Origin: Candidatus Methylomirabilia bacterium
GTDB lineage: Bacteria; Methylomirabilota; Methylomirabilia; Rokubacteriales; CSP1-6
Reading direction: 5' to 3'
NCBI GenBank assembly: GCA_046758965.1
Contig: JBHIBG010000008.1
Span: 14,948-78,947 of the forward strand
Length of the DNA stretch: 64,000 bases
Below the pieces are notes generated by a model. It was not told where the DNA came from. It was given only the letters and a program-made list of their open reading frames with translations, and did no database searches. A program made the position numbers and the translations under genes. Below, one piece after another: positions 29,969-39,790 of the stretch. Position 1 is the first letter of the stretch; each line of letters begins with the position of its first letter.

Positions 29969-31252
29969 TCATCCCTTGATCTCCCGGAGCAGCTCTCGGG
30001 CGATGAGGAACTTCATGATCTCGTCCGAGCCCGCGCCGATCCGCATGAGCCGGGCGTTTCGGAAGATCTGTTGGATCGGGAAATCGGTGGTGTAGCCGAT
30101 CCCTCCCAGCACCTGCATCGCCTGGTCCGCCACCTGCCAGACCGCCTCCGCTGCGAAGAGCTTGGTGACCGCTGACTCGCGCTGGGCCGGAAGCCCGGCG
30201 TCGATCATCTTGGCGGTCCGGTAAACCAGCTGACGGGCGGCATCGAGTCGAGCATACATCTCCGCCAGCTTGAACGACACGCCCTCGAACATCGCGATGG
30301 GTTGCTTGAACTGGATCCGCTTCGTGGAATACTCGGCCGCGATCTCGAAAGCCCGGCGGGCCGAACCCAGGCTGGCCATGGCGTAGGTCACTCGCTCCGT
30401 GTCCAGCTCATCCATCAGGACATGGTAGCCCCCGTTGACCGGACCCAGGAGGTTTTCCCGGGGGATATCCACGTCGGTGAGCTCGAAGTGGACGTTATCC
30501 ATCCAGTCCGCCATAATCACCTCGTCGAGCTGCCGCCGGATCCGAATCCCGGGATGGTCCATGGGGACGATGAAGCAGGACATCCCCTTGTGCGGGTGGA
30601 TGGAGGAGTCGGTGAGAGCGAAGAGCGTCACGTAATCGGCCAACCCGCCCCCCGTGCAGAATCGCTTCTGACCGTTGAGGACCCACCGATCGCCCTTCAA
30701 GACCGCTTTCGTCTGCATTCTGGAGGTGTCTGAGCCGATCTGGGGCTCGGTGATGGCGAGGGCGGCCAGCTCCTCTCCCGCCAGCCGCGAGGGGATGTGG
30801 CGCCGCTTCTGCTCTTCGGTACCGTAGCGGAGGATGGAGATCGTGCCCAGGGTGAGCGACACGGAGCGGATCGAGTCTCCCGGGTGCCCCGCTGCGGCCA
30901 GCTCCTCGTCGATGGTGCACTGGGCGACGACTCCGGCGCCGCTGCCGCCGTACTGCTCCGGGTACAGGGCCCCGGTGAATCCCGCTTCGGCGAGGGCTTT
31001 CAAGTAGTCCTTGGCGATGGCGCGAAGCTTCTCCCGGCGCTCGGCGCCCTGGAGCTTCGCCTTGATCTCCTTCACCTGCCCGTGAGCCTCAACCGCTTTG
31101 GGCGCCAGTTCCTGCTGGGCGAAGGCTCGGGCTCTGAGCATCAGCTCGCGCTCCTCGGGGGCGTAGAGGTGGGTCTGGCCCGCGCTGACGGACCACCCCC
31201 CCGGCATCTTCATATCCTCCAGGGTGATACCTTGAAAGAGTTCTTCGTCCAC
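29969..31252 (-). CDS. Acyl-CoA dehydrogenase
   Basis: GTG 31252 after AGGAG; ITEPQIGSD, LNGQKRF, RIQFKQPI, GGIGY, IGAGSDEI. Confidence 0.9.
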   Translation of the reverse strand: MDEELFQGITLEDMKMPGGWSVSAGQTHLYAPEERELMLRARAFAQQELAPKAVEAHGQVKEIKAKLQGAERREKLRAIAKDYLKALAEAGFTGALYPEQYGGSGAGVVAQCTIDEELAAAGHPGDSIRSVSLTLGTISILRYGTEEQKRRHIPSRLAGEELAALAITEPQIGSDTSRMQTKAVLKGDRWVLNGQKRFCTGGGLADYVTLFALTDSSIHPHKGMSCFIVPMDHPGIRIRRQLDEVIMADWMDNVHFELTDVDIPRENLLGPVNGGYHVLMDELDTERVTYAMASLGSARRAFEIAAEYSTKRIQFKQPIAMFEGVSFKLAEMYARLDAARQLVYRTAKMIDAGLPAQRESAVTKLFAAEAVWQVADQAMQVLGGIGYTTDFPIQQIFRNARLMRIGAGSDEIMKFLIARELLREIKG

Positions 31253-31297
31253 GGTTCGACTCCTTTCAGACGAGGGCACCGGCCTGGTGAAGATGGA

Positions 31298-31780
31298 TCA
31301 ATAGGGAAGCTTCCCTTCGCCTAGGGTGGCGTGGCCTTTCTTCGGCAGCAGGACATGGCGCCGGAAGGTCATGACCCGCTCGCCGCGCTGGTTGCTCACC
31401 CGCGTCTCCACGTACACCACGCCCCGATCGTCCTTGGACGAACCTTTCTTGTCCAGCACCGTACTCTCCGCGTAGAGGGTGTCGCCATGGAAGGTGGGGG
31501 CGTCGTGAGTGATCTTCTCGTAGTCGAGGTTGGCGATGGCGCGACCCGAGATGTCTGCCACCGTCATCCCGACGCCCACGGCGAAGACGAGAGTTCCGTT
31601 GACCAGGCGCTGGCCATGCTGGGTGTACGTCTCGGCGTAGTGGGCATCGATGTGGACCGGGTGCTGGTTCATCGTCAGCAGGGTGAACCAGGTGTCGTCC
31701 GCCTCGGTGATGGTGCGGCCGGGCCAGTGCTTGATCACCTCCCCGGTCTTGAATTCCTCGAAGTACCGTCCGAACGGCAT
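31298..31780 (-). CDS. MaoC-family (R)-enoyl-CoA hydratase/dehydratase
   Basis: GRYFEEF..G...H..GRTITEAD...TMNQHPVHID. Confidence 0.9.
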   Translation of the reverse strand: MPFGRYFEEFKTGEVIKHWPGRTITEADDTWFTLLTMNQHPVHIDAHYAETYTQHGQRLVNGTLVFAVGVGMTVADISGRAIANLDYEKITHDAPTFHGDTLYAESTVLDKKGSSKDDRGVVYVETRVSNQRGERVMTFRRHVLLPKKGHATLGEGKLPY

Positions 31781-31786
31781 GGGGTG

Positions 31787-34120
31787 CTAGGCTGAATGCG
31801 TTGTGAGGAGCTGGTGGGTGATCCGAAGGCGCAGGAGCTCGGTGCTCCCCTCCCCGACGACCAGCAGCGGGGCGTCCCGGTAGTAGCGCTCCACCGGGAA
31901 GTCGGTGATATAGCCGTAGCCGCCGTGGATCCGCATGGCGTCGAGGGCCACCTCATACGCCATCTCAGAGGCGAAGAGCTTGGCCATCCCGGCCTCGAGC
32001 GAGGCGCCTTCGCCCGCATCCCTCTTCTCGGCAGCCCGGAGGGTGAGGAGGCGGGCGGCTGTCAGCCTGGTGCCCATGTCGGCCAGCTTGAGCTGGATGG
32101 CTTGGTGCTGGCAGATCGGCTTGCCGAAGGCGCTCCGCTGCTGGGAGTACCGGAGGGCCGCTTCGAACGCGGCCTGTGCGACCCCCACGCCTCGCGCCGC
32201 GATGGCGATCTCGTCGCTCTCGGTCCCCGCCATGACCACCGCGAAGCCCTCCCCCTCTCGCTCACCGACCAGGTTGCCGGCCGGGACGCGGAACTCCTCC
32301 AAAATCATCTCGCAGGTCCGGAGCCCCCGGAAACCCAGCATGGCCAGGTCCCGGCTCACCGTCAAGCCCGGGCCGCCCTTCTCGACGATGAAGCACGAGA
32401 GTCCGCTCTCGGGCGATCCCGCCTCGGGGTCGGTCTTGGCCAGGAGCGCGAAGATCGCGCCGTGGCGCCCATTGGTGACGAACATCTGTGAGCCGGTGAT
32501 GACGTAGGAGTCGCCGTCGCGCCTGGCAACTGTGCGAACGGCCTGGAGGTCGGGGCCGCCACTGGCCTCGCTGAGGGCCAGGCCTCCGAGCTTGTCGCCC
32601 GTGGCCAGAGCGGGCAGGAACCGACGGCGCTGTGCCTCGGTGCCGGACCGGGTCACGATGGCGGCCAGGCTCAGATGGGCGGTGAGGATTGCCGAGAGTG
32701 ACATCCACCCCCGCGAGATCTCCTCGAGGAGCATGGCGCAGGTCGTGGAGTCCAGGCCGAGCCCGCCGTATTCCTGGGGGATGGTGGCGCCCAGCAGCCC
32801 GAGCTCCCTGAGCTTCTCCACGATCTCGAAGGGGTCCTCGTCAGCCCGCTCGTACCGCGACGCGAGGGGGATCACGTCCTTCTCGACGAAGGTCCGGACA
32901 AGCTGGACCAGCTGGCGCCGCTCCACCGGCTCTCCCTCGAGCGCGTGCAAGGCTCCATGCCGCTCGCCGTACCGCTCCAGGAGCTGGCGCGCGATGACGA
33001 GGCGTTGGATCTCGTTGGTCCCCTCGCCGATGATCATCAGCGGGGTGTCGCGGTAGTAGCGCTCCACACGGTACTCTTTGAGGGAGCCGTGGCCGCCGTG
33101 GATCCGCATGGAGTCCATCGCGATCTCTTGCGCTGCCTCCGAGGCAAAGAGCTTGGCCATCCCGGCCTCGAGGTCGCACCGCTGGCCCGCGTCCTTCTTC
33201 TTGGCGGCCCAGGTCGCCAGCAGGCGGGCGGCGCTGAGTTCGGTGACCATGTCAGCCAGCCTGAGCTGGATAGCCTGGCGCCCGGCGCCGGAGTGATCGG
33301 ACGGGGGCCTGAGCTGCGCGTACCGGAGCGCATCCTCGAACGCTGCCTGGGCGACTCCCACGGCGCGGGCCGCGATGTTGATCCGTCCGGTTTCGAGCCC
33401 GGCCATGACGTGCTTGAAGCCCCGCCCCTCCACACCCCCCACGAGATTGTCGGCAGGGACTGACACGTCCTCAAAGACGAGCTCGACGGTGTCCAACCCC
33501 TTGTAGCCGAGCTTGGAGAGGCTCTGGGCCACCTGAAACCCGGGATGCCCCTTCTCGACGATGAAGCAGGACATCCCTCTGTGGGGCGGGCTGGCGGCCG
33601 GGTCGGTTCTGGCCAGGAGGGCGAAGGTGTTCCCCTCCCGGCCGTTGGTGACGAACATCTTGGTGCCGGTAATGCGGTAGGCCTCTCCCTGGCGCCTCGC
33701 CACCGTCCGAATCGCCTGCACGTCAGACCCGGCATGGGGCTCGGTCAGGCAGAGCCCCCCGCGCTTGTCTCCCCTGGCCATGGCTGGGAGGAACCGTTCT
33801 CTCTGCTCCTCGGTGCCGAAGTCCGTGACGATGAGGGCCATGATCAGGTGGCTGTTGATCACGCCGGCGAGCGACATCCACCCCCGGCAGAGCTCCTCGA
33901 TAACCAAGGCGTACGCGGTCGAGGTGAGCCCGAGCCCGCCGAAGGCTTTCGGAATGAGGCATCCAAAGAGCCCGAGTTCCTTCATCCGCGCGACCAGGTC
34001 GTGAGGGTAGATGTCGTCGTGCTCGAGGGCGGAGGCCACCGGCTTGACCTCCTTCTCCACGAACTCACGGACGAGAGTGACGATCTGAGGGTCCTGGTCG
34101 GCAAGGGCGATGGCTGCCAT
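31787..34120 (-). CDS. Fused tandem (two-domain) acyl-CoA dehydrogenase, 777 aa
   Basis: Two full ACAD repeats, each ending ERYYRD.PL...GEG. Confidence 0.88.
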   Translation of the reverse strand: MAAIALADQDPQIVTLVREFVEKEVKPVASALEHDDIYPHDLVARMKELGLFGCLIPKAFGGLGLTSTAYALVIEELCRGWMSLAGVINSHLIMALIVTDFGTEEQRERFLPAMARGDKRGGLCLTEPHAGSDVQAIRTVARRQGEAYRITGTKMFVTNGREGNTFALLARTDPAASPPHRGMSCFIVEKGHPGFQVAQSLSKLGYKGLDTVELVFEDVSVPADNLVGGVEGRGFKHVMAGLETGRINIAARAVGVAQAAFEDALRYAQLRPPSDHSGAGRQAIQLRLADMVTELSAARLLATWAAKKKDAGQRCDLEAGMAKLFASEAAQEIAMDSMRIHGGHGSLKEYRVERYYRDTPLMIIGEGTNEIQRLVIARQLLERYGERHGALHALEGEPVERRQLVQLVRTFVEKDVIPLASRYERADEDPFEIVEKLRELGLLGATIPQEYGGLGLDSTTCAMLLEEISRGWMSLSAILTAHLSLAAIVTRSGTEAQRRRFLPALATGDKLGGLALSEASGGPDLQAVRTVARRDGDSYVITGSQMFVTNGRHGAIFALLAKTDPEAGSPESGLSCFIVEKGGPGLTVSRDLAMLGFRGLRTCEMILEEFRVPAGNLVGEREGEGFAVVMAGTESDEIAIAARGVGVAQAAFEAALRYSQQRSAFGKPICQHQAIQLKLADMGTRLTAARLLTLRAAEKRDAGEGASLEAGMAKLFASEMAYEVALDAMRIHGGYGYITDFPVERYYRDAPLLVVGEGSTELLRLRITHQLLTTHSA

Positions 34121-34245
34121 GGTCCGGGTTGGGTTGACTGAAATTCAGTAACGCCAGCCTAGCAATCCTGAGGGTACAATTGCAAGGGGCCCAAAGCCAG
34201 TGGCCGAGCCTGCTCGTGCCAACGTTGGATTGGGTGACGCCAAGA

Positions 34246-35574
34246 TCAAAAGGCGTAGGAGATCCGGACGCGCACCCTGTCGTTGTCCCGGAACGTCCCA
34301 AAGAAGGTATCACGTCGGCCGCCCAGAACATCTCCCCCGAGCACGATGGTCATCCCGTCCATCGGTTGCCACGAGAGTTCCGGCTGGAGCACGAAGTCAC
34401 CCTCCTCCAAGTTCACAAACCCTTCCAGCCTCACGCGAAGGAACTCGGTGTACTTCCAGGTGGTGTTGAGCAGGAGGGCGTGGCGAAAGAAGTGGAGGAG
34501 TCCGCCGACCTCTTCCTGATTCGCCGCACCCCGCTGGGGGAGCTCGGTGTCGAGGGCGTATTCGACGATCACGAAGAGGCTCTGGCCCACGGGGATCCGC
34601 GAAAACGTGCGGTCCACACCCCCGGTGAAGCGGAGATAGGGGTCACCGACCTCGCTGTCGTCGGACTCCAGGTCCGTCGTAAGCGTGTACGCAGCCTCGG
34701 CGCGGAGGCCCCACTCCGAAATGACTGTCGCGAAGTCTCCCCCGACGATGTGGATCCGCTTATGGACGGGGACGAGCGTGATGGTCGCCTCGCTGCCGAC
34801 AGGGTCGACCCGGGTCACCTCTTGTCGGATGATCGTTGGCACCCGGTCGTAGCCGTAATAGTACATGCCGGCGAAGTCCCATCCGCGTGATGAGCCGTTC
34901 AGCCGGACCCCGATCTGACCTGACTCGAGCGTCCGCGAGGGCTCCACTCTCCGACCCTCGCGGAAGGTCAGCCGGGCCCGGCCGAGACCCGGCACTTCCC
35001 CTTCCTCAGGGAGGGCGGTCCACCGGTTTTCCGCCCTGAAGGACGTCATGTCCGGGTCGAAGACCGGAACCCACACTCCCTCCAACGTCAAGCCGCCGGG
35101 GAAGAGATCGAGCTTCACGGCGTCGATAGCTTCTTCCCGGTCCTCGATCAGGTCGGTGTAGTCGTGGCGCTTGAAGACATCGGTGGGCTTGAGGCTGTCC
35201 GCCCGACCCCAGGTGATGAACTGCCGGCCGATCCGAGCAGCCCAGGTCTCGCGGTCCAGGTCAAGAAAGCCCTCGTAAGGATAGATCCGTGATCGCTCCT
35301 CTTCTGAGAAGTCCTGCCGGAGGGCCAGGGAGAAGCGGAAAAAGATGCTCTCGGAGGGTGCCCACTCGACCTCCGGGATCGCGGTCAGGGCGTTCCGGCT
35401 ATCCGTCTGGACGCCCCCGCGGGCGCCCAGGTAAGAGAAATGCTCGTACTCCAGCGGAAGCCGGAAGTGCGCCTTCGCTAACTCTTCGGCCGAGGCTGAA
35501 CGCAACACGCCGGCGCCCAGACCCAGGACGAGGAGAAGCACCCAGGGCCAGCGAGCGTGCACCGCACGGATCAC
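34246..35574 (-). CDS. Outer-membrane beta-barrel-like protein (DUF1302-like)
   Basis: GTG overlapping upstream TGA; signal peptide; RIGRQFITWGRAD; ends in alternating RVRISYAF with terminal Phe. Confidence 0.72.
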   Translation of the reverse strand: MIRAVHARWPWVLLLVLGLGAGVLRSASAEELAKAHFRLPLEYEHFSYLGARGGVQTDSRNALTAIPEVEWAPSESIFFRFSLALRQDFSEEERSRIYPYEGFLDLDRETWAARIGRQFITWGRADSLKPTDVFKRHDYTDLIEDREEAIDAVKLDLFPGGLTLEGVWVPVFDPDMTSFRAENRWTALPEEGEVPGLGRARLTFREGRRVEPSRTLESGQIGVRLNGSSRGWDFAGMYYYGYDRVPTIIRQEVTRVDPVGSEATITLVPVHKRIHIVGGDFATVISEWGLRAEAAYTLTTDLESDDSEVGDPYLRFTGGVDRTFSRIPVGQSLFVIVEYALDTELPQRGAANQEEVGGLLHFFRHALLLNTTWKYTEFLRVRLEGFVNLEEGDFVLQPELSWQPMDGMTIVLGGDVLGGRRDTFFGTFRDNDRVRVRISYAF

Positions 35575-36383
35575 CTTCCACGCTTCAGGTATCGTTCCGT
35601 GAAATAGCGCTTTGGCACCCCCAGGCCAATCTTCCGGCTGTGGTAGTTCACGATGGTCACGTGCCGGCGGCCGAAGTCCTCCATGCGCATCTGGCGCCAG
35701 CGATAGTTGCCCGACACCCGCTCGAGTCCGGCCATGGTGAGACGCTTGAAGAAGGCTCCGTCGCGATTGTAGTAGTCCACGCGTAGGATCACGTCGCGGG
35801 CGGGGTCCACCCAGCTGACTGTCTTCGAGTACGCGGTCTCGCGCTGGAGCTTTTCGGCGACCGGCACAGCCTTGATCACGAGGCAGCGCACCCCCTCCAG
35901 CGTCTCCTGCCCACGGCTTGTGTGGCGGTACTCTTCGATCTTCGCGCGCATGATGTCCTCGTACAGGAAGTCGGTCCCCATGTATCGGTTGCCGCGGTTC
36001 GCGGGAGCGACCCGGCGGGTGGCGTGGTAGGCGGGCAGGTACATCCACTGGTCGTTGTCCCGGTCGGAATGCTCGATCGTGAGCACGCCACTCTTTCGAA
36101 AGTCAGGCGGCGAGTGAAAGCGGATCAGCCGCATCTCGTCGAGCGAGCCAGGCGCAATCTGCCGCTCGTAGACGGTCCCGGTGCGCTCGCGGATCCGGCC
36201 CGAAGAGTCGATGAGCTGCATGGTGAAGTCCACCTTCTCGTCGGTGGCCGTGTCCTGGCGTTGGACGCGGCGCATCACTTCCGCCGCGTCGCGTTGCTGT
36301 CCGGCAGCGAGACCGGCCGCGAGCAGCAGGGTTGCCGTCGCCAGATACCCCAAGGCGTGCCGCAGCACCCGGCTCCGCGTCAT
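35571..36383 (-). CDS. Outer membrane lipoprotein-sorting (LolA-like) protein
   Basis: Signal peptide; F.SPPD...DQWMYLPA...RR...YMGTDF.YED. Confidence 0.85.
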   Translation of the reverse strand: MTRSRVLRHALGYLATATLLLAAGLAAGQQRDAAEVMRRVQRQDTATDEKVDFTMQLIDSSGRIRERTGTVYERQIAPGSLDEMRLIRFHSPPDFRKSGVLTIEHSDRDNDQWMYLPAYHATRRVAPANRGNRYMGTDFLYEDIMRAKIEEYRHTSRGQETLEGVRCLVIKAVPVAEKLQRETAYSKTVSWVDPARDVILRVDYYNRDGAFFKRLTMAGLERVSGNYRWRQMRMEDFGRRHVTIVNYHSRKIGLGVPKRYFTERYLKRGR

Positions 36384-38734
36384 TCGATGATCCTGGTCCG
36401 GATCGCGTGAGCGATGTTGAGCCGATCGATCATCCGGAGCCCCGGGTACGCGGAGATGGGCATGACGGCGATTGCGGCGCCGAGGACCCCGATGAAATCG
36501 AAGACCCGGAAGATGTTGATCACCTCATACCACGCCTGGCTCATCCGAGCGTTGAGGAAGACGGCGAGCCCGACTCCGACCGGGATGCTGAGGATGGCCG
36601 CCAAGCCCCCTTGGCCCAGTGCTTCAGTCAAGATGACGGCGCGCAGGCGGCGCTGGCTGTAGCCGAGGGATTTGAAGGTGGCGTACTCGGCTCCCCGCTC
36701 GGTGATCACGAAATTCACGCTGGTGAAGATGAAGAGCATGGCGACGAATATGCTCACTCCTGCGGCCATGTACACGATCCCCATCATCTCGCCCATCAGC
36801 TGCTGGAAGGCGGCCACCAGGCCCTCCTTGGTGGTAACCTTCGCCACGTAGTCCAGGTGGGTGAGGGCAGCCGGAAGGTCCGGGGCGGGACCCGCCGTCT
36901 CGATGTAGGCGCCGGTTCCCTCGTCCTTGAAGTTCGTAATGACCTGTGCCCGCCGGAAGGGCATCATGACCTGGCTCAGGACGATCTCTGCCGAGATGCC
37001 GACCAGGTGAAAGGGGTACTCCTCCCCCCGGCGGATCCTGACGGTTACCCGGTCTCCCACTCCGACCTGGAGCCGCCGGGCCAGGTCTTGGCTCAGCAGA
37101 ACCTCGTCCGGGGCTCCGCTCAGGAACCGCCCCTCCTTGATCATCGTGCGCTTCATCCCCGTCTCCGGGTGGATCCCGAGAATGCCGGCGCCTTCGTAAC
37201 GCCCGTTGGCCCCGACCTCGACAAACCGCCGGAAGTACGGCTCCACCCTCGCGACACCGGGGAGGGAGCGGATCGGCTCCAGGTCCTCCAGGAAGACCGG
37301 ATAGAGAAAGTCGACCGCAAGATCCCACCGCTCCCCCTCGAAGACGACCCGGATTGTCTCGAGCATGGATGTCATGGCGACCATGTACGCGAGGGAGACG
37401 CCGAGCGAGAAGGCGATGGCGAGGACGGTTGACAGTGTCCGCCACGGCCGCCGAAACATGTTCCGCACCCCGAAGCGCACGGGCGTCGGGAGGGCCCCCA
37501 TCCGCGTGAACGCCGACTGAATCCACCCCCGGGAGACAAGGCCCACGTGCACAGGCTCGCGGATGATCGCCTGGGGCGTGAGCCGGATCATTCGGATGAT
37601 CGGGAGGGCGGTCGCAGCAGCCGTAATCAGGATTGCCGCCGCGAAGCCGACGGCCATGAGCTGGGGCTCTACCACGTAGACCACGTCCGGCACTCCCATC
37701 GCGTTCGCGTAGATTTGAGCGAAGAGGTTCCGAAAGAGGAAGGCAAGCGGCATGCTGATAAGTGCCCCGGCCCCTCCGAGGAGTGCTCCGGTAGTGAGAT
37801 AGGCCCAGACCACCTGTCCTTTCCGGTACCCGAGCGCGAGGAGACCGCCGATCTCCTTCCGCTGCTCCTGCACGAGTCGGTTCACCGTGATCAGGGTGAG
37901 GATGAAGGCGAGGGCTCCGAGGATCAGGATGATGGAGGGGGTGTAGATCCGAAATGCCTCGAGGTCGATCTGGAGGAACTTCCAGATGAAATGCTCCTCT
38001 TTCGGCATCACGCGCTCCAGGTTCAGCCGGCCGAGGCGTTCCACCACGGCGTCCGTCACGACGCGCGGGTCGGCGGCAGGCTCGAAGCGGAAGAGGAGGT
38101 CGTTCACCATCGTGAAGCCGAGCGAGTCGCTCACGCGGGCAAGGTTGGCGAAGACGACACCCATCGCGCCCTTCTCCGGGATCACGTAGTCGGGATTGGC
38201 CGTGGTGACCAGGTACTCGGGGCTCAGCGCCACGCCCTCGATCCGGCTCTCGTAGATCTTCTCGCCGACTTGGACCCTGAGACGGTCGCCCACCTTGAAG
38301 CCGTGGTAGAGGGCCAGTGAACGCTCGATCACCGCGGATTCGAAGTCATCCGCCTGGATGCGAGTTCCTGCGACAAGCTCAAGGCTGTTGACGGTCGGCT
38401 CCGGGGTCTCGAGGAACACGAGCGTGCCGAGGATTCGCCGATTGTCGCCCAAGAGCACCGTTCCCGGAAGAATCAGCCGTCGCTCGACGGTCCGGATGCC
38501 AGGGATCCCCGTCAAGCCAGGTAGGTTCGCCACATCCTCCGGGAGGAACTGGACCTCCAGGTCGGCGAAATGCATCCGGTTGAATAGGACGTTTCGGGTG
38601 TTGAAGAGTGAGTCGATCGCCATTTCAATGCCCGTGAAGATTCCCGCGCCGCACGCCACGGTCAATACAATGGTCAACGCGCGCCAGCGGATCTTCCAGA
38701 AGTCCCGGGATATCTTGAGCGTCAGCGTGCGCAT
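36380..38734 (-). CDS. FtsX/MacB-like ABC permease (two repeats)
   Basis: EQRKEIG.L.ALGY and ERGAEYAT.KSLGY repeats with periplasmic domains. Confidence 0.85.
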   Translation of the reverse strand: MRTLTLKISRDFWKIRWRALTIVLTVACGAGIFTGIEMAIDSLFNTRNVLFNRMHFADLEVQFLPEDVANLPGLTGIPGIRTVERRLILPGTVLLGDNRRILGTLVFLETPEPTVNSLELVAGTRIQADDFESAVIERSLALYHGFKVGDRLRVQVGEKIYESRIEGVALSPEYLVTTANPDYVIPEKGAMGVVFANLARVSDSLGFTMVNDLLFRFEPAADPRVVTDAVVERLGRLNLERVMPKEEHFIWKFLQIDLEAFRIYTPSIILILGALAFILTLITVNRLVQEQRKEIGGLLALGYRKGQVVWAYLTTGALLGGAGALISMPLAFLFRNLFAQIYANAMGVPDVVYVVEPQLMAVGFAAAILITAAATALPIIRMIRLTPQAIIREPVHVGLVSRGWIQSAFTRMGALPTPVRFGVRNMFRRPWRTLSTVLAIAFSLGVSLAYMVAMTSMLETIRVVFEGERWDLAVDFLYPVFLEDLEPIRSLPGVARVEPYFRRFVEVGANGRYEGAGILGIHPETGMKRTMIKEGRFLSGAPDEVLLSQDLARRLQVGVGDRVTVRIRRGEEYPFHLVGISAEIVLSQVMMPFRRAQVITNFKDEGTGAYIETAGPAPDLPAALTHLDYVAKVTTKEGLVAAFQQLMGEMMGIVYMAAGVSIFVAMLFIFTSVNFVITERGAEYATFKSLGYSQRRLRAVILTEALGQGGLAAILSIPVGVGLAVFLNARMSQAWYEVINIFRVFDFIGVLGAAIAVMPISAYPGLRMIDRLNIAHAIRTRIIE

Positions 38735-38744
38735 CAGCGTGGGC

Positions 38745-39452
38745 TCACTTCTCGACGATCTTCCCCTGGGCGATATGAACCACCCGATCTGCTGCGGTCG
38801 CGGTCTGGGGGTTGTGCGTGACAACGATGAAGGCCGCCCCGGTTCGGCGGTTCAGCTCCTTCATGAGCAGCACTACCCGCTCGCCCGTCTGGCGGTCGAG
38901 GTTCCCAGTGGGCTCGTCGGCGAGGACCAGGGGAGGTTCCTTCGCGAGCGCCCGAGCGATCGCCACGCGCTGTTGCTCACCGCCGGAGAGCTGGGCCGGA
39001 AAGGCGTTGCCACGCTCTAGAAGGCCGACTGCGTCCAGGTAGACGCGAGTGCGGCGGGCGATCTCCTGTCTGGACAGGTCAAGGATCTCCAGGGCGATCT
39101 CCACGTTCTCGGCTGCTGTGAGCGTGGGGAAGAGGTTGTAGAACTGGAAGACGAAGCCAATCTTGTTGCGGCGGAACGCGACGCTCGTTTCCGAGGAGCT
39201 GGCGCTCAGGTCCACACCTGCCACCATGAGATGCCCACTGCTGGGCGTGTCCATCGCGCCAATGAGATTCAGCAGGGTGGTCTTGCCGCTGCCGGACGGC
39301 CCGAGGACGACGACGAATTGACCAGGCTCGACCACGAGCGAGGCATCGCTGAGTACCGCGGTTCGAACTGCTCCCGTGTCATACCACTTACTGACATGTG
39401 CGAGGACGACCAGGGGTGAGGACGTGGAGGGATCGAGGACTGGCGCACTCAT
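38745..39452 (-). CDS. LolD/MacB-type ABC ATPase
   Basis: GPSGSGKTT, LSGGEQQRVAIARA, ADEPTGNLD. Confidence 0.92.
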   Translation of the reverse strand: MSAPVLDPSTSSPLVVLAHVSKWYDTGAVRTAVLSDASLVVEPGQFVVVLGPSGSGKTTLLNLIGAMDTPSSGHLMVAGVDLSASSSETSVAFRRNKIGFVFQFYNLFPTLTAAENVEIALEILDLSRQEIARRTRVYLDAVGLLERGNAFPAQLSGGEQQRVAIARALAKEPPLVLADEPTGNLDRQTGERVVLLMKELNRRTGAAFIVVTHNPQTATAADRVVHIAQGKIVEK

Positions 39453-39790
39453 GACGTTCAGATTGAATTCCTTATGCTTCAGGAGTCATCAGACCGGGCT
39501 CGTAAGAAGAGCGGAGATCAGCCGGTCCTCAATCTCGCCAGGCCGCACTCCCGCGCACGGCAGCCTAGTTCTTCATCGCCGTAGAGAGAATCTGGCAATC
39601 GCCTCATTTCCGTGAGGCAAATGCACCGCGCTCCCCTGGGAAGGCAAGAAGCGAGACCAAAGGCGAGGGGAGTTCGGCACAGCGGCAGCAAATGGCTCGT
39701 GGCTGGCCGGTGATGGCGGTCTTGTGACCCACCGGATAGCGGGTGCGTCACCAAGGACTGCGGCTGGTTGGTCAGCGAGAGATCCCCGGG

